Positions 28,651-37,980 of a DNA stretch of 60,232 nucleotides are shown here, piece by piece. The stretch is from the IMG/VR virus record IMGVR_UViG_3300013119_000728, positions 1 through 60,232 of that record. One strand, given 5' to 3'. The stretch comes from a virus (Duplodnaviria > Caudoviricetes). The notes under the pieces were generated by a model. It worked only from the letters and a program-made list of their open reading frames with translations, did not search any database and was not told the DNA's origin. Each line of letters starts with the position of its first letter. The stretch's first letter is position 1. A program made the translations under genes and the position numbers.

Positions 28651-28801
28651 GACCCCTGGCATTCATATTACGCCTCCAAGGGAGTTTTGGTGGGACCGCC
28701 ATCCTATCATGCTTCCTGATCCTGGCGGGGATCGAAACACTATTAGTTAAATGCTGGGTTACTACTTAACCAGCTTAAAAACCAAGTAGAACCCAGGGGT
28801 C
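28651..28801 (+). ncRNA. candidate structured ncRNA of unknown class
   Basis: 9-bp closing helix GACCCCTGG/CCAGGGGTC enclosing four hairpins; ATATTTAT just upstream. Confidence 0.55.
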
Positions 28802-28806
28802 ATTTT

Positions 28807-28882
28807 GCCGGTTTAGCTCAGTTGGAAGAGCATCTGATTTGTAACCAGAAGGCCGGGGGCTCGATTCCTCCAACCGGCACCA
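28807..28882 (+). tRNA. tRNA-Thr(TGT)
   Basis: Cloverleaf, loop TTTGTAA, CCA. Confidence 0.88.
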
Positions 28883-28903
28883 AAAATTGATTGTGTGAAT
28901 ATC

Positions 28904-29233
28904 ATGTATGAATATAGTGCAAAAGTTACAAAGGTCTATGATGGAGACACGATCACGGTTGACTTCGATTTAGGTTTTGGTATCGTTCTGAGAAAACAAA
29001 AGATTCGATTGCTTGGGATCAACACACCCGAAGTCAGGGGAAAATCCCGTGAGCAGGGTCTGATATCAAGGGACCGGCTTCGCGAGAGGATCATGGGAGA
29101 AAATGTCATCATCAAGACGACCAAAGACCGCAAGGGAAAGTATGGTCGTTGGCTCGGCGAGGTGTTTATAAAAGATGAGAATATAAATCAGTGGCTTTTA
29201 AACGAAGGCTTGGCTGAGAAGTATAATAAGTAG
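28904..29233 (+). CDS. thermonuclease (SNase) family protein
   Basis: VYDGDTI, IRLLGINTPE, GKYGRWLG, NEGLA. Confidence 0.92.
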   Translation: MYEYSAKVTKVYDGDTITVDFDLGFGIVLRKQKIRLLGINTPEVRGKSREQGLISRDRLRERIMGENVIIKTTKDRKGKYGRWLGEVFIKDENINQWLLNEGLAEKYNK

Positions 29234-29243
29234 AAAGGAATAG

Positions 29244-29319
29244 GCGGCCATAACTCAATTGGTAGAGTACCAGTTTTCCAAACTGGATGTTGTGGGATCA
29301 TGCCCCACTGGCCGCTCCA
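29244..29319 (+). tRNA. tRNA-Gly(TCC) with atypical T-loop
   Basis: Cloverleaf, loop TTTCCAA, T-loop ATCATGC, TCCA end. Confidence 0.85.
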
Positions 29320-29377
29320 GAAGTTAAAATATATAGGGTTAATTGCTCTACCAAACGATATTTATTATTAGAGGTAG

Positions 29378-30088
29378 GTGATTATGATAAGTGAAAAAAG
29401 TCAACTAAGAATAAAAGAAGAATGGAAAAACAAAGACGGTCTATATGATTGTCCGTATTGTGAAAAATCGTATGTAAAACGCGGAATCAGTACACATATT
29501 TGGCGTAATCATTCTGCTCAAGGTCAGGAATTTAACAAAAACTCAATCAACAATCAGGGCTATGCAAACGGAACAAGAACAGCCTGGAATAAAGGACTAA
29601 CAAAAGAAATGCACCCAAGCCTCAAGAAGGCCGGAGAAACGTATAAAAAGAAAATTGCTTCTGGTGAAATAATTGTAAAAAGCATTCCGCTATCTGAGTT
29701 ACATAAAGAGAAAATATCAAATGGAATGAAATCTGCTCATGCAGAAGGCAGGGCCTGGAACATAGGAAGATCTAGATGGAATAATGAACCAAGCTGGCCA
29801 GAAAAATTCTTTAAACAAGTTATCGAGAATGAGTTTGATAACAAAAAGTTTAAGATGGAATATCCAGTATCTATTTATTCTTGCGATTTTGCGTGGCCAG
29901 AGATTAAAAAATGCATAGAAATTGACGGCGCTCAACATCAGCGGTTCGATGAAGTAAAAGAGAGAGACAAAAGGAAAGATGAATGTTTAAAAGAAAATGG
30001 ATGGGAAGTTCTAAGAATACCTTGGAAAGATTTTTATAAAAACACAAAGAAGTGGATAAAATTAAGTAACGAATTTATTGGAGAGTAA
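29378..30088 (+). mobile_element. putative homing endonuclease (C2H2 finger, NUMOD3-like motif, DUF559/Vsr-like domain)
   Basis: CPYC..H..H, AWNKGLTK, YSCDFA...IEIDGAQH...GWEVLRI. Confidence 0.75.
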
Positions 30089-30153
30089 CTCAATGGAAGA
30101 GTGCGAAGCTGTTAACTTTGTGGTTGTGGGTTCGAGCCCCTCCTCTCCAGCCA
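30079..30153 (+). tRNA. tRNA-Asn(GTT)
   Basis: Cloverleaf, loop CTGTTAA, GCCA end. Confidence 0.85.
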
Positions 30154-30182
30154 AAAGTTAGGTTTCTTTAAAAAACCATAGT

Positions 30183-30270
30183 GGAAAGTTGGCCGAGCGG
30201 TCGAAGGCGATGGATTTGAAATCCATTGAGGTGCAAGTCTCCGAGGGTTCGAATCCCTCACTTTCCTCCA
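30183..30270 (+). tRNA. tRNA-Ser(TGA)
   Basis: Long variable arm, loop TTTGAAA, CCA. Confidence 0.9.
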
Positions 30271-30272
30271 CT

Positions 30273-30348
30273 GGGGATATAGCTCATCTGGTAGAGCACC
30301 TGCTTTGCACGCAGGATGTGATCGGTTCGATCCCGATTATCTCCACCA
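30273..30348 (+). tRNA. tRNA-Ala(TGC)
   Basis: G3:U70 pair, loop TTTGCAC, CCA. Confidence 0.93.
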
Positions 30349-30374
30349 TAGACCGAAATGTCTGTAAACTACGT

Positions 30375-30451
<77 letters not shown>

Positions 30452-30466
30452 ACCTTGAGGAGATAC

Positions 30467-30940
30467 ATGAAGAACGTAGATAATAAGACAAATTGGGGCA
30501 AGGCGGCAGCATGGACCGCATTCGTTGCTGCAATTACATGTGCAATCTTTGTGGCAATCATTGTATTTGCAGTCCAGACGACAGGCTACCTAGACAAAGA
30601 ATCTGATGCTGACAAGATATCACGTCAAGTTACAGCAAAGATAACAGTATTAACGTCAGAAGTTAGATCTCTTCGAGAGCAAGGAGAGAAGATTCGCAAG
30701 TACCTCGAGCTATGGACACCGATGAAATGCAGGAAGGAGCTTAGCATAAAAGAGGAGTGGGTTTTACCTGGCTACGGAGTTCCAAAGATTGTTCCGAGGT
30801 CATATATATACGTAGAGCAAGAGGATATACTTGAATGTAGCCCCGCGGGAGAGTTCTATGCAAATGATAAGCATGGCGCAGTCGACAAGATACGAGATGT
30901 ATCGACTCCTCAGAAGGGTCCGAGATCTAGAAAAAACTGA
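30467..30940 (+). CDS. single-pass membrane protein
   Basis: GAGGAG RBS, N-terminal TM helix, coiled coil. Confidence 0.55.
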   Translation: MKNVDNKTNWGKAAAWTAFVAAITCAIFVAIIVFAVQTTGYLDKESDADKISRQVTAKITVLTSEVRSLREQGEKIRKYLELWTPMKCRKELSIKEEWVLPGYGVPKIVPRSYIYVEQEDILECSPAGEFYANDKHGAVDKIRDVSTPQKGPRSRKN

Positions 30941-31118
30941 TCCTGCATTTCAGAATTCCAGAGTCAAAAATCTCAAGCAAGATATTCGACAATTTCAAAG
31001 AGATCTAAGGCAATTATCAAAGGCTGATGTCGAGGCAACGTGGCCACCCGGAATGTTCCAAGCATACACAGATATTTATGAAACAGTAAAGCGACTTGGA
31101 ATCTCTCTCGATGTCTAG
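30831..31118 (+). CDS. DP...N.R.KNL..DI paralog 1 (start uncertain)
   Basis: Shares motif with 31134 and 31962. Confidence 0.55.
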   Translation: MNVAPRESSMQMISMAQSTRYEMYRLLRRVRDLEKTDPAFQNSRVKNLKQDIRQFQRDLRQLSKADVEATWPPGMFQAYTDIYETVKRLGISLDV

Positions 31119-31133
31119 CCTACGTATATTGCT

Positions 31134-31430
31134 ATGTCTATAATAATAAAAGATTATCCAGAACATCCGTCATTGCTTTTTATTAAAGGCTTGCTTAACG
31201 GGATTGATATGCAAATTAAGAAAGATCCAACAATTATGAATCCAAGAATTAAAAACTTGTTAGACGATATTATTGATTTAGATTGTGACATTTTAGCGCA
31301 GACATTTCACAAGCCCAATATATTACTCCCGTCAAATCTTAAAGCTAGGTTGACAGATGTAATCCAGACTTCGCGCCGTCTTGGCATATACCCAGATTTT
31401 TTAACGCCAAAAATACCACAAAAATTCTGA
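31134..31430 (+). CDS. DP...NPRIKNL..DI paralog 2
   Basis: Shared motif and RLGI near the C-terminus. Confidence 0.6.
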   Translation: MSIIIKDYPEHPSLLFIKGLLNGIDMQIKKDPTIMNPRIKNLLDDIIDLDCDILAQTFHKPNILLPSNLKARLTDVIQTSRRLGIYPDFLTPKIPQKF

Positions 31431-31462
31431 CTTAACGCTGAATAAGCAATATTTATAAACGA

Positions 31463-31948
31463 ATGGCTGATATGGAAAAAGAATACTTAGAAAATTATCT
31501 CATCAATTACGTTGGATCACTGCGTGCAATCCAGCTATGGTTCCATTCTGCACATATTTTGACTAAAGGCGCAGGATTTGCAGGTGATCATGTCAATATT
31601 TATGGCCGAATCTATGATGAGGTTACACATGATATCGATGCAGCAATAGAAAAATCAGTAGGTATAACTAATAATGAGTCAATGGGATGCCCAAGAATAA
31701 TCACGTACAAAGCGATGGAAGTATTGATGGATTATCCTGTTCCGACGAATGCTGCGCCTTTAAAGATTGCACTGAGCGCATTAGCTTTGGTTAAATCGTA
31801 CCTTTCATTTGTTGATCATATGTTTGAAGTGCTGGAAGATCATAATGTAATGACGCTCGGACTAAATGATTTTCTTTCACAGTCAGCAAATACATTTGAA
31901 GGTTATGTATATCAACTACAGCAACGAGTAAAACAGACTACAGAATAG
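31463..31948 (+). CDS. ferritin/Dps-like four-helix bundle protein
   Basis: FHSAHILTKGAGFAGDH...IYD...D..IEK, resembling the Dps ferroxidase region. Confidence 0.7.
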   Translation: MADMEKEYLENYLINYVGSLRAIQLWFHSAHILTKGAGFAGDHVNIYGRIYDEVTHDIDAAIEKSVGITNNESMGCPRIITYKAMEVLMDYPVPTNAAPLKIALSALALVKSYLSFVDHMFEVLEDHNVMTLGLNDFLSQSANTFEGYVYQLQQRVKQTTE

Positions 31949-31961
31949 ATATGGGTATTTA

Positions 31962-32255
31962 GTGATGCCGCCAATTATTACAAGAAGACATATTCGTTAC
32001 AAGGGAACGAAGACATTCAAAGAATCAGCTCAAAGACAGCTGTCTAGGTTTAGAGATAAAATTAATGAAGCGTGTAAAGACGATCCTTCATTCTGGAATC
32101 CTCGTATTAAGAATCTAATGGAAGATATTGATGATCTTAATTGGGATGTAGACAAACTAAGCGATACAGAATTATGGCCATCAGATTTCACTGAAAGATT
32201 CAAAAATATTAATGATACTATAAAAAGACTGGGAATTAACGTAGGCTTAATATAG
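31962..32255 (+). CDS. DP...NPRIKNL..DI paralog 3
   Basis: Shared motif and TIKRLGI end. Confidence 0.6.
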   Translation: MMPPIITRRHIRYKGTKTFKESAQRQLSRFRDKINEACKDDPSFWNPRIKNLMEDIDDLNWDVDKLSDTELWPSDFTERFKNINDTIKRLGINVGLI

Positions 32256-32305
32256 TTATAATTTTTTTGTGCAAATCTGATTTTTAGATCTATAATATCA
32301 CTGTT

Positions 32306-32872
32306 ATGAATACTACAATTATTTTATTATCCGCACTTTGCTTTAGCCCGATATCTCCCAATGAAGGGGTTGTATCTTCTCATTTTGGTTATCGCGTTTA
32401 TCCTGGAAGCACTAAAAAGACTTTACATGTAGGCGTTGATATTGCTGCAATGCATGGTGAACCAATTCACTCAGTTACTGAAGGCGTTGTAATATTCGCA
32501 GGTGTTGATCCTGATGGCGGAGGCCTTATTGTTGAAATCTTAACAAAGCACCGAGGACGCCTAAAGATTATTCGATATTTTCATATGAGTCGTATATTTG
32601 CCAAGTCCGGGTGGAAAGTAAGGCGAGATCAAATCATAGGAAGAGTTGGATCAACAGGTAGATCTACAGGGCCACATGTGCATATTGAGATCGCAATAGT
32701 CAGAAATGGTCAAAAGCCAGAATATGAAGATCCTGCCAAGTTTCTCTGTGAGTACAAAGAGGATATTAAAATTCCGCACTTTGACATCGATCATAAATTT
32801 ACCTTAAAGAAAGATAAAAGAATCTATTTGAGAAATCTAAATCAGATCGCATTACGACATGTTCATCATTAA
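32306..32872 (+). CDS. exported M23 family peptidase
   Basis: HVGVDIA, YFHMS, GSTGRSTGPHVH. Confidence 0.9.
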   Translation: MNTTIILLSALCFSPISPNEGVVSSHFGYRVYPGSTKKTLHVGVDIAAMHGEPIHSVTEGVVIFAGVDPDGGGLIVEILTKHRGRLKIIRYFHMSRIFAKSGWKVRRDQIIGRVGSTGRSTGPHVHIEIAIVRNGQKPEYEDPAKFLCEYKEDIKIPHFDIDHKFTLKKDKRIYLRNLNQIALRHVHH

Positions 32873-32998
32873 TACAGATTAAAATGAAATAAATGTGTAA
32901 ATTTTGCAATCACGCGTTATAATCAAAGAGGTAAAACAATATGTCTTAAATATCGTTTTGAAAAGCTAGTTAATAATTTTAGGAAAGGATCAATATAA

Positions 32999-33250
32999 AT
33001 GAAGGAGGATCCAGTGAAAAAGATAAGTGAGCTTGCTATTAAGAGAACGTCTGATGCTGAGTTGAAAAATACTGCTCGACGTCTTGAGGCTAAGATTGGA
33101 AAGCTAAACAGGGAGCGCAAAAATGCAAGATCTTTTGAGGAAGAGGTGTGCTACATTCAGAGAGAGCTAGAACTTCGGAAAAAGTTTGGGCATTTTCAAA
33201 TTATTGATGATGCAAATAGTGAAAATCTTTTAGAATTTGATAAAGTATAA
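32999..33250 (+). CDS. coiled-coil hypothetical protein
   Basis: First ORF of the sigma operon, after promoter 32895-32923. Confidence 0.55.
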   Translation: MKEDPVKKISELAIKRTSDAELKNTARRLEAKIGKLNRERKNARSFEEEVCYIQRELELRKKFGHFQIIDDANSENLLEFDKV

Positions 33251-33268
33251 ATAGACTAAGGAGTTAAT

Positions 33269-34042
33269 GTGGCTATCGCAGCAAAATCAAACGCCTCAGG
33301 CTTGGGTCGATACCTAAAAGAAATTGGAAAAGACCGCCTCCTTACAAGGAGTGAAGAGGTTGATCTTTCAATTCAATCTCGAAAGGGTGATAAGAGAGCT
33401 CGAGATATCTTGATTCAACGAAATCTACGACTCGCAGTATCTGTTGCCAAGAAAATGCAGAAAAAAGGCACAGATCTTGAAGATCTAATCCAAGAAGCAA
33501 ACATCGGATTGATGCGCGCAGTTGAGCGATTTGACCCTACAAAGGGATTTAGATTTTCAACCTATGCACACTGGTGGATTCGTCAAGCAGTAGGCCGCCA
33601 TATCCAAATGCACAGTCGCAGTATTCGAATTCCATCTCATGCCCAAGGCTTATCTGCAAAGATTCATGTTGCTAGTAAAGAGTTTGAAAAAGAGTTTGGG
33701 TGTTTGCCGACTGCCGATGAGATCGCAGATATTCTGGGGGCTACAAAGTCCTCAGTTGAGGCAGCAATGAGTGCTCCAGCGTTTACGCTTTCTCTTGACG
33801 CTCCCAAGTATCGTAATGATTCTGGTGATGGAACACTAGGCAGCTCAATTGAAGATATCTGGTCTGAAAATGCAGAAGATAAGATTGCTAGAGATGAAAT
33901 GAGAAGAATTGTGCTAGCGTCTACGAGCAAACTTTCTCCTCGAGAGCAGGCAGTAATTCGCCTAAGGTTCGGCATCTCAGATCCGGATGATACACAGAAT
34001 TATCATATCGATCTTGATGATCATAAGTATCTAAAGGCTTAA
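33269..34042 (+). CDS. sigma70-family RNA polymerase sigma factor lacking region 4.2
   Basis: Regions 1.2 (YLKEIG), 2 (NLRLAVSVAK, DLIQEANIGLMRAVERFDPTKGFRFSTYAHWWIRQ), 3 (SLDAP) and 4.1 (LSPREQAVIRLRFG), then stop. Confidence 0.92.
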   Translation: MAIAAKSNASGLGRYLKEIGKDRLLTRSEEVDLSIQSRKGDKRARDILIQRNLRLAVSVAKKMQKKGTDLEDLIQEANIGLMRAVERFDPTKGFRFSTYAHWWIRQAVGRHIQMHSRSIRIPSHAQGLSAKIHVASKEFEKEFGCLPTADEIADILGATKSSVEAAMSAPAFTLSLDAPKYRNDSGDGTLGSSIEDIWSENAEDKIARDEMRRIVLASTSKLSPREQAVIRLRFGISDPDDTQNYHIDLDDHKYLKA

Positions 34043-34044
34043 TA

Positions 34045-34509
34045 ATGATTACACCGCCAACAAGATATCGATTAATTACACCCAATCTTACGATTAGTGC
34101 TCCACTGCTAGAAGATAACATCGAGTTTCTTCATAATTCTGGTTGCCGAAAAATTATGACAATTTCTGGCGGCTTCGTAAATGCAGATGTTGTTGTTAAT
34201 CTTAAAAAGAAAGCAATGGAAGTAACACACTTTCCTTTAGACGTAGTTTCTTCAAAGCTGACAGTTGACGAAAAGGTTTCAAGAATTATTGACAAGTCTG
34301 TTGAGCAACTTCATCGAGGGTCAAAGATGCATATTGTGTGTGGAGCAGAAATGATCGAAGTAGCAGCTATTACTGGAATCTTAAGAAGAATTATTTGTGA
34401 CTGGGATTTATCAAGTGCGCTATCTGAGTCACTAGATATTTGCAGGTTCATGGATTCTGAAGTTGTAACATCAATAATTCTAAACACTGACATTAGTCGC
34501 TGGAAATAA
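34045..34509 (+). CDS. degenerate tyrosine/dual-specificity phosphatase-like protein (Siw14-like)
   Basis: PP.RY..I.PNL..S, FL...G.RKI, HIVC.....E, GILRR...WDLSSALSE. Confidence 0.5.
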   Translation: MITPPTRYRLITPNLTISAPLLEDNIEFLHNSGCRKIMTISGGFVNADVVVNLKKKAMEVTHFPLDVVSSKLTVDEKVSRIIDKSVEQLHRGSKMHIVCGAEMIEVAAITGILRRIICDWDLSSALSESLDICRFMDSEVVTSIILNTDISRWK

Positions 34510-34530
34510 TAAAACAAAGGAGAAAAAAGA

Positions 34531-34824
34531 ATGGCTATGCCAAAGGGTCACAAGATGAGTCAAGGATATGTAACTGTAGCTGAAGGTCTAGATTATAGAA
34601 CTATTTCTGAGATCATGTCTGAGAATGGTTTTAAGATGAATCATGCAACAGCCCGCAATGTGCTGTTAAGTGCTATGAGATCTCTTGCTACTGATGTATT
34701 GAAAGCACACGGAGAAGATCTTGATCTAGATAAGGTAGATTCAATTGCCAGGTCTCCACAATTTCAAACTGGAATTGCAAGCATGATGTCAGACTTGTAT
34801 ACAATGGGAGTTTTGTCTGCTTGA
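34531..34824 (+). CDS. HTH protein resembling sigma region 4.2
   Basis: GLDYRTISEIM...HATARNVLLSAMRSL. Confidence 0.55.
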   Translation: MAMPKGHKMSQGYVTVAEGLDYRTISEIMSENGFKMNHATARNVLLSAMRSLATDVLKAHGEDLDLDKVDSIARSPQFQTGIASMMSDLYTMGVLSA

Positions 34825-35231
34825 TGGGTTTTAAAGAAGACTGGCTATTTATAGTGCAATCTAAGCTAAGAATGCCTTTGCACGATTGGCTTAAAAAACG
34901 AAAGATAGTATCCTATGAAGAAGCAGTTAATGCCCTTAAGAGATCTGGCTTACCAGTGGGAACGCGTGATGAGGTGGTTGCGCAGCTTCCCGTCTCTCCC
35001 AAGAAGAACGCTTCTGATTCTGATTCTGATTCCTCTACCCGTTCTAGTTCTGTGGTACGCAATAAAAAAAGTTCTGTCACAAAAAAGCGCGCCCCAGTGG
35101 AAGACAGCAAAGAGCCGAAGTCGCCTGCAGAAAAAGCAGCTGACGCCATTACAAAAAGCGTTGCTGTTAAGGCGCCTAAGGCAAAAACAGCAAGAAAGCG
35201 ACGAACTAAAAAGTCGCCAACAAAAAAATAA
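34821..35231 (+). CDS. hypothetical protein with basic low-complexity tail
   Basis: Coupled ORF; K/A/S-rich C-terminus. Confidence 0.55.
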   Translation: MMGFKEDWLFIVQSKLRMPLHDWLKKRKIVSYEEAVNALKRSGLPVGTRDEVVAQLPVSPKKNASDSDSDSSTRSSSVVRNKKSSVTKKRAPVEDSKEPKSPAEKAADAITKSVAVKAPKAKTARKRRTKKSPTKK

Positions 35232-35508
35232 TCCAGAAAAGGAAGACAAGACTTGACCGTCGCAGATTTAATTAAGAAGCTACAGGAGCTAGATCAAACA
35301 GCGCCTATCCTTATTTCCAATCAAATTGACTTTGTTGAAATAGATACTGTCATGGAAACAGAAAATATGTTCCAGGCATTCAAAGGTTCTCGAACCTGGA
35401 TGGATGGTGAAATCGGAGACGGTGGCAGAACCTGCTTTGTTTTGAGATAGATTAAAATTTGTGCAATTTCCAGCTGCTGCTGTATAATAGTAGTGAATAG
35501 GAGGAAAC

Positions 35509-36012
35509 ATGGATCATATCTATCCAGGCGACCCACAATACTTCAGGATGCTTAATGCCCCCGAGGATATTGAGGCAGCATTTGAAAAGATCATTTCGTA
35601 TCTTGACGAAGTCGAAGAGATGTCAAACGTTCGAAGCTACAATCATCTGGCAAAAGTAATTCGCGCTGTTAACTCCCTATCCAGAAATCACCTGAACAAG
35701 ACACATGAGTGGTCTAACCAGATCTACTATGAGAAAAAGGCTGCAACACAGAAGGCTAAAATTGATCGAATCAAAGGTTTCGAGATCGGACAGCTAGTTA
35801 AGTTCCGCCCGAAGGGAGATCATCATTACAAAGATGGTCACTCCCCCTATTTGATTGCGCATGTGATTGGCAAGGTAGTTCGTCGAAACCGACACACTGT
35901 CTCAGTAGTTGAAGTCTCTCGCCGTCGAATGTCCTCCGAAGCCGAAGACACACGCTCCTCCGGCGCTCGCTGGCGCATGTCCCCCCAAGCTGATACGATC
36001 ATTGGAGAATAA
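35509..36012 (+). CDS. hypothetical protein with C-terminal SH3-like domain
   Basis: FEIGQLVKF; promoter at 35461-35488. Confidence 0.6.
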   Translation: MDHIYPGDPQYFRMLNAPEDIEAAFEKIISYLDEVEEMSNVRSYNHLAKVIRAVNSLSRNHLNKTHEWSNQIYYEKKAATQKAKIDRIKGFEIGQLVKFRPKGDHHYKDGHSPYLIAHVIGKVVRRNRHTVSVVEVSRRRMSSEAEDTRSSGARWRMSPQADTIIGE

Positions 36013-36013
36013 G

Positions 36014-36259
36014 ATGACAAAGCTTACAAACGTAGCAGGAACTGAGTTCGATAAACGCCCAGAGGAATGCCCGCATTGCAAGTCAGGTCTCCGGAGTCAC
36101 GTAAGACTAAATGAATCCGAGTGGCCTAACTTTTGCGTAACTCCTGAGAACCCCTATCTTTACAGCACAACAGAGGTCTGGAATACAACGACAGACAAGA
36201 GATCCGGATGGCTATGCGGATTCTGCAACAAACGGTTCAAAGACGGAGAAGAGCAATGA
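36014..36259 (+). CDS. zinc-ribbon protein
   Basis: CPHC...CGFC. Confidence 0.6.
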   Translation: MTKLTNVAGTEFDKRPEECPHCKSGLRSHVRLNESEWPNFCVTPENPYLYSTTEVWNTTTDKRSGWLCGFCNKRFKDGEEQ

Positions 36260-36604
36260 AAGTTAAAGATCTAATCAAGCAACTCAATCATTTCGATCCC
36301 AATGAGGATATCGTCCTCAAAGAAAAGGATGGTCGAGAAACCCCGATCAACCTCAACCTCCGCGTTTACAAGTGGGAAGGCCGCACGATTATCGACGGAT
36401 ACAACCGGGAGAGAAAAGATTGATCTGGCGTCTGCAACTTTTGTTCAGTGTAATTCTTATGAAGCTTGGTAGAATGATTATGAATAATTTCAAAAGCATC
36501 ATTGGCTACGGGTTTCACAACATCGGCATGCATCATGCAATTCAGGCCGGCATCAAACGAATCCGCTATGAAAAGAAACTAAAAGAGAAGCAAAAGAATA
36601 AAAA

Positions 36605-37081
36605 ATGAGATATCAAGGCGGAAAGAATGGATACATTGTTATGGGTGAACATGTCTATAAGGATGAAATTCAAGATGGTGATATCAACATTATTAAAAAT
36701 TTTCTAGACTTTGGTGACAAGCATATTAATAATCTTCTTGGGCAAGAGGTCGACTTCTATGGTGCTGAGTCACAAGCATTCAAAGTTAATGACATGGTGA
36801 TCGAGGTTCTTGAAGACGAAGACGATGGCTATCGATCATATCTCGGTGGATATCTTGCAACTGATGAAAGCAAATACAACTTCTATTCTCAGCCTTTCGC
36901 TAAGGTAAAGCTAGAAGAATATAATGAAGACAGAGAAATTAACGATTATGAGAGACATGAGTTCACAGGATTCCGATTAGTTGATGTTGACGATGGTCAT
37001 GTCTGGCTGATGTTTGGCACAGATAGATCAAGTGATTATTATCCTCGATTTGTTTTTAGCTGTTCTCCAAAAATGAAATAG
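36605..37081 (+). CDS. acidic phage hypothetical protein
   Basis: EDEDDGYRSY...FGTD..DYYP motifs. Confidence 0.65.
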   Translation: MRYQGGKNGYIVMGEHVYKDEIQDGDINIIKNFLDFGDKHINNLLGQEVDFYGAESQAFKVNDMVIEVLEDEDDGYRSYLGGYLATDESKYNFYSQPFAKVKLEEYNEDREINDYERHEFTGFRLVDVDDGHVWLMFGTDRSSDYYPRFVFSCSPKMK

Positions 37082-37415
37082 TTATGATCAGGAGATAAAA
37101 ACATGTATGACAACTATGACGAAGACACAGTTGAGATAATCATTGGCAGGATGTCACAAAAAATTGAAATACTCGAGGTTCAAATTGAGCAGCTTACAAG
37201 AATCATTGAGCTTCAAGCAACGGCACACAGCGGAATATGCGAGCTTCTTTATGAGGCACAATTGCCTGACGACGGAAACCCAAACATTGACCCATCAAAG
37301 ATTCCAACGATTGTAAACTCACCGAAGAAGCCCGTGAAACCGCCGAGTCATTTATAAGTGTAAGATATACTTATAGACGTATAATAAATTACATCATCAA
37401 CAAAAAGAGGATATT

Positions 37416-37799
37416 ATGCAAACAACAAACAAGCAATTACGTCAGATCATTCGTGAAGAGATCGAAAAGGTAATCAACGAAGACAATCAGGCGGGTGTTC
37501 AAGTATTCCCGTTCAATAGTCCTATCGAAATGGTAAAACTTATAACAGACCTTGTCCACAATCAGGGTCTTGAGGCAAGAACCTCGCCACAAATGAATGG
37601 CACAAATGTTGTTGTCATCGCATCAAGTGATTCAAAATTGCTAGATGATTATGTAGCTCGTGCATCTGCTCTTCGTGCAGAGAAGACACCGCCTCGCCCA
37701 GAGCATCAACCTGCTCCTGTGGCACCAGATGAACACTGGGTAGATCGTGAAAATCGCAAAGCTCGCCAACGTGGCAAAAACGTATCAGCTTGGTCTTGA
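37416..37799 (+). CDS. protein with LRQIIREE leader
   Basis: MQTTNKQLRQIIREEIEKVINE; ATACTTAT upstream. Confidence 0.7.
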   Translation: MQTTNKQLRQIIREEIEKVINEDNQAGVQVFPFNSPIEMVKLITDLVHNQGLEARTSPQMNGTNVVVIASSDSKLLDDYVARASALRAEKTPPRPEHQPAPVAPDEHWVDRENRKARQRGKNVSAWS

Positions 37800-37832
37800 T
37801 ACATTCACGAAGCTTTAGATAAGATAAAACTA

Positions 37833-37980
37833 GAAAAGGAAAGATTGCGATAGATGGACGAGCTTTTGATTTCTAGTACACTGCGATAATGCAGTGGGTC
37901 AAGAGCGGGAAATAACATACATGTACACCAGGTGAACGGGAAACTTGTTTTCTATCTCAACCCCAAGTAACCTCCTTTTC
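37833..37980 (+). ncRNA. candidate rod-like structured RNA
   Basis: Nested complementary segments across the whole intergenic gap. Confidence 0.4.

Noticed and set aside
33990-34120. Frameshift restoring sigma region 4.2
   Set aside because: The other frames show no HTH consensus, and the next ORF starts cleanly at 34045.
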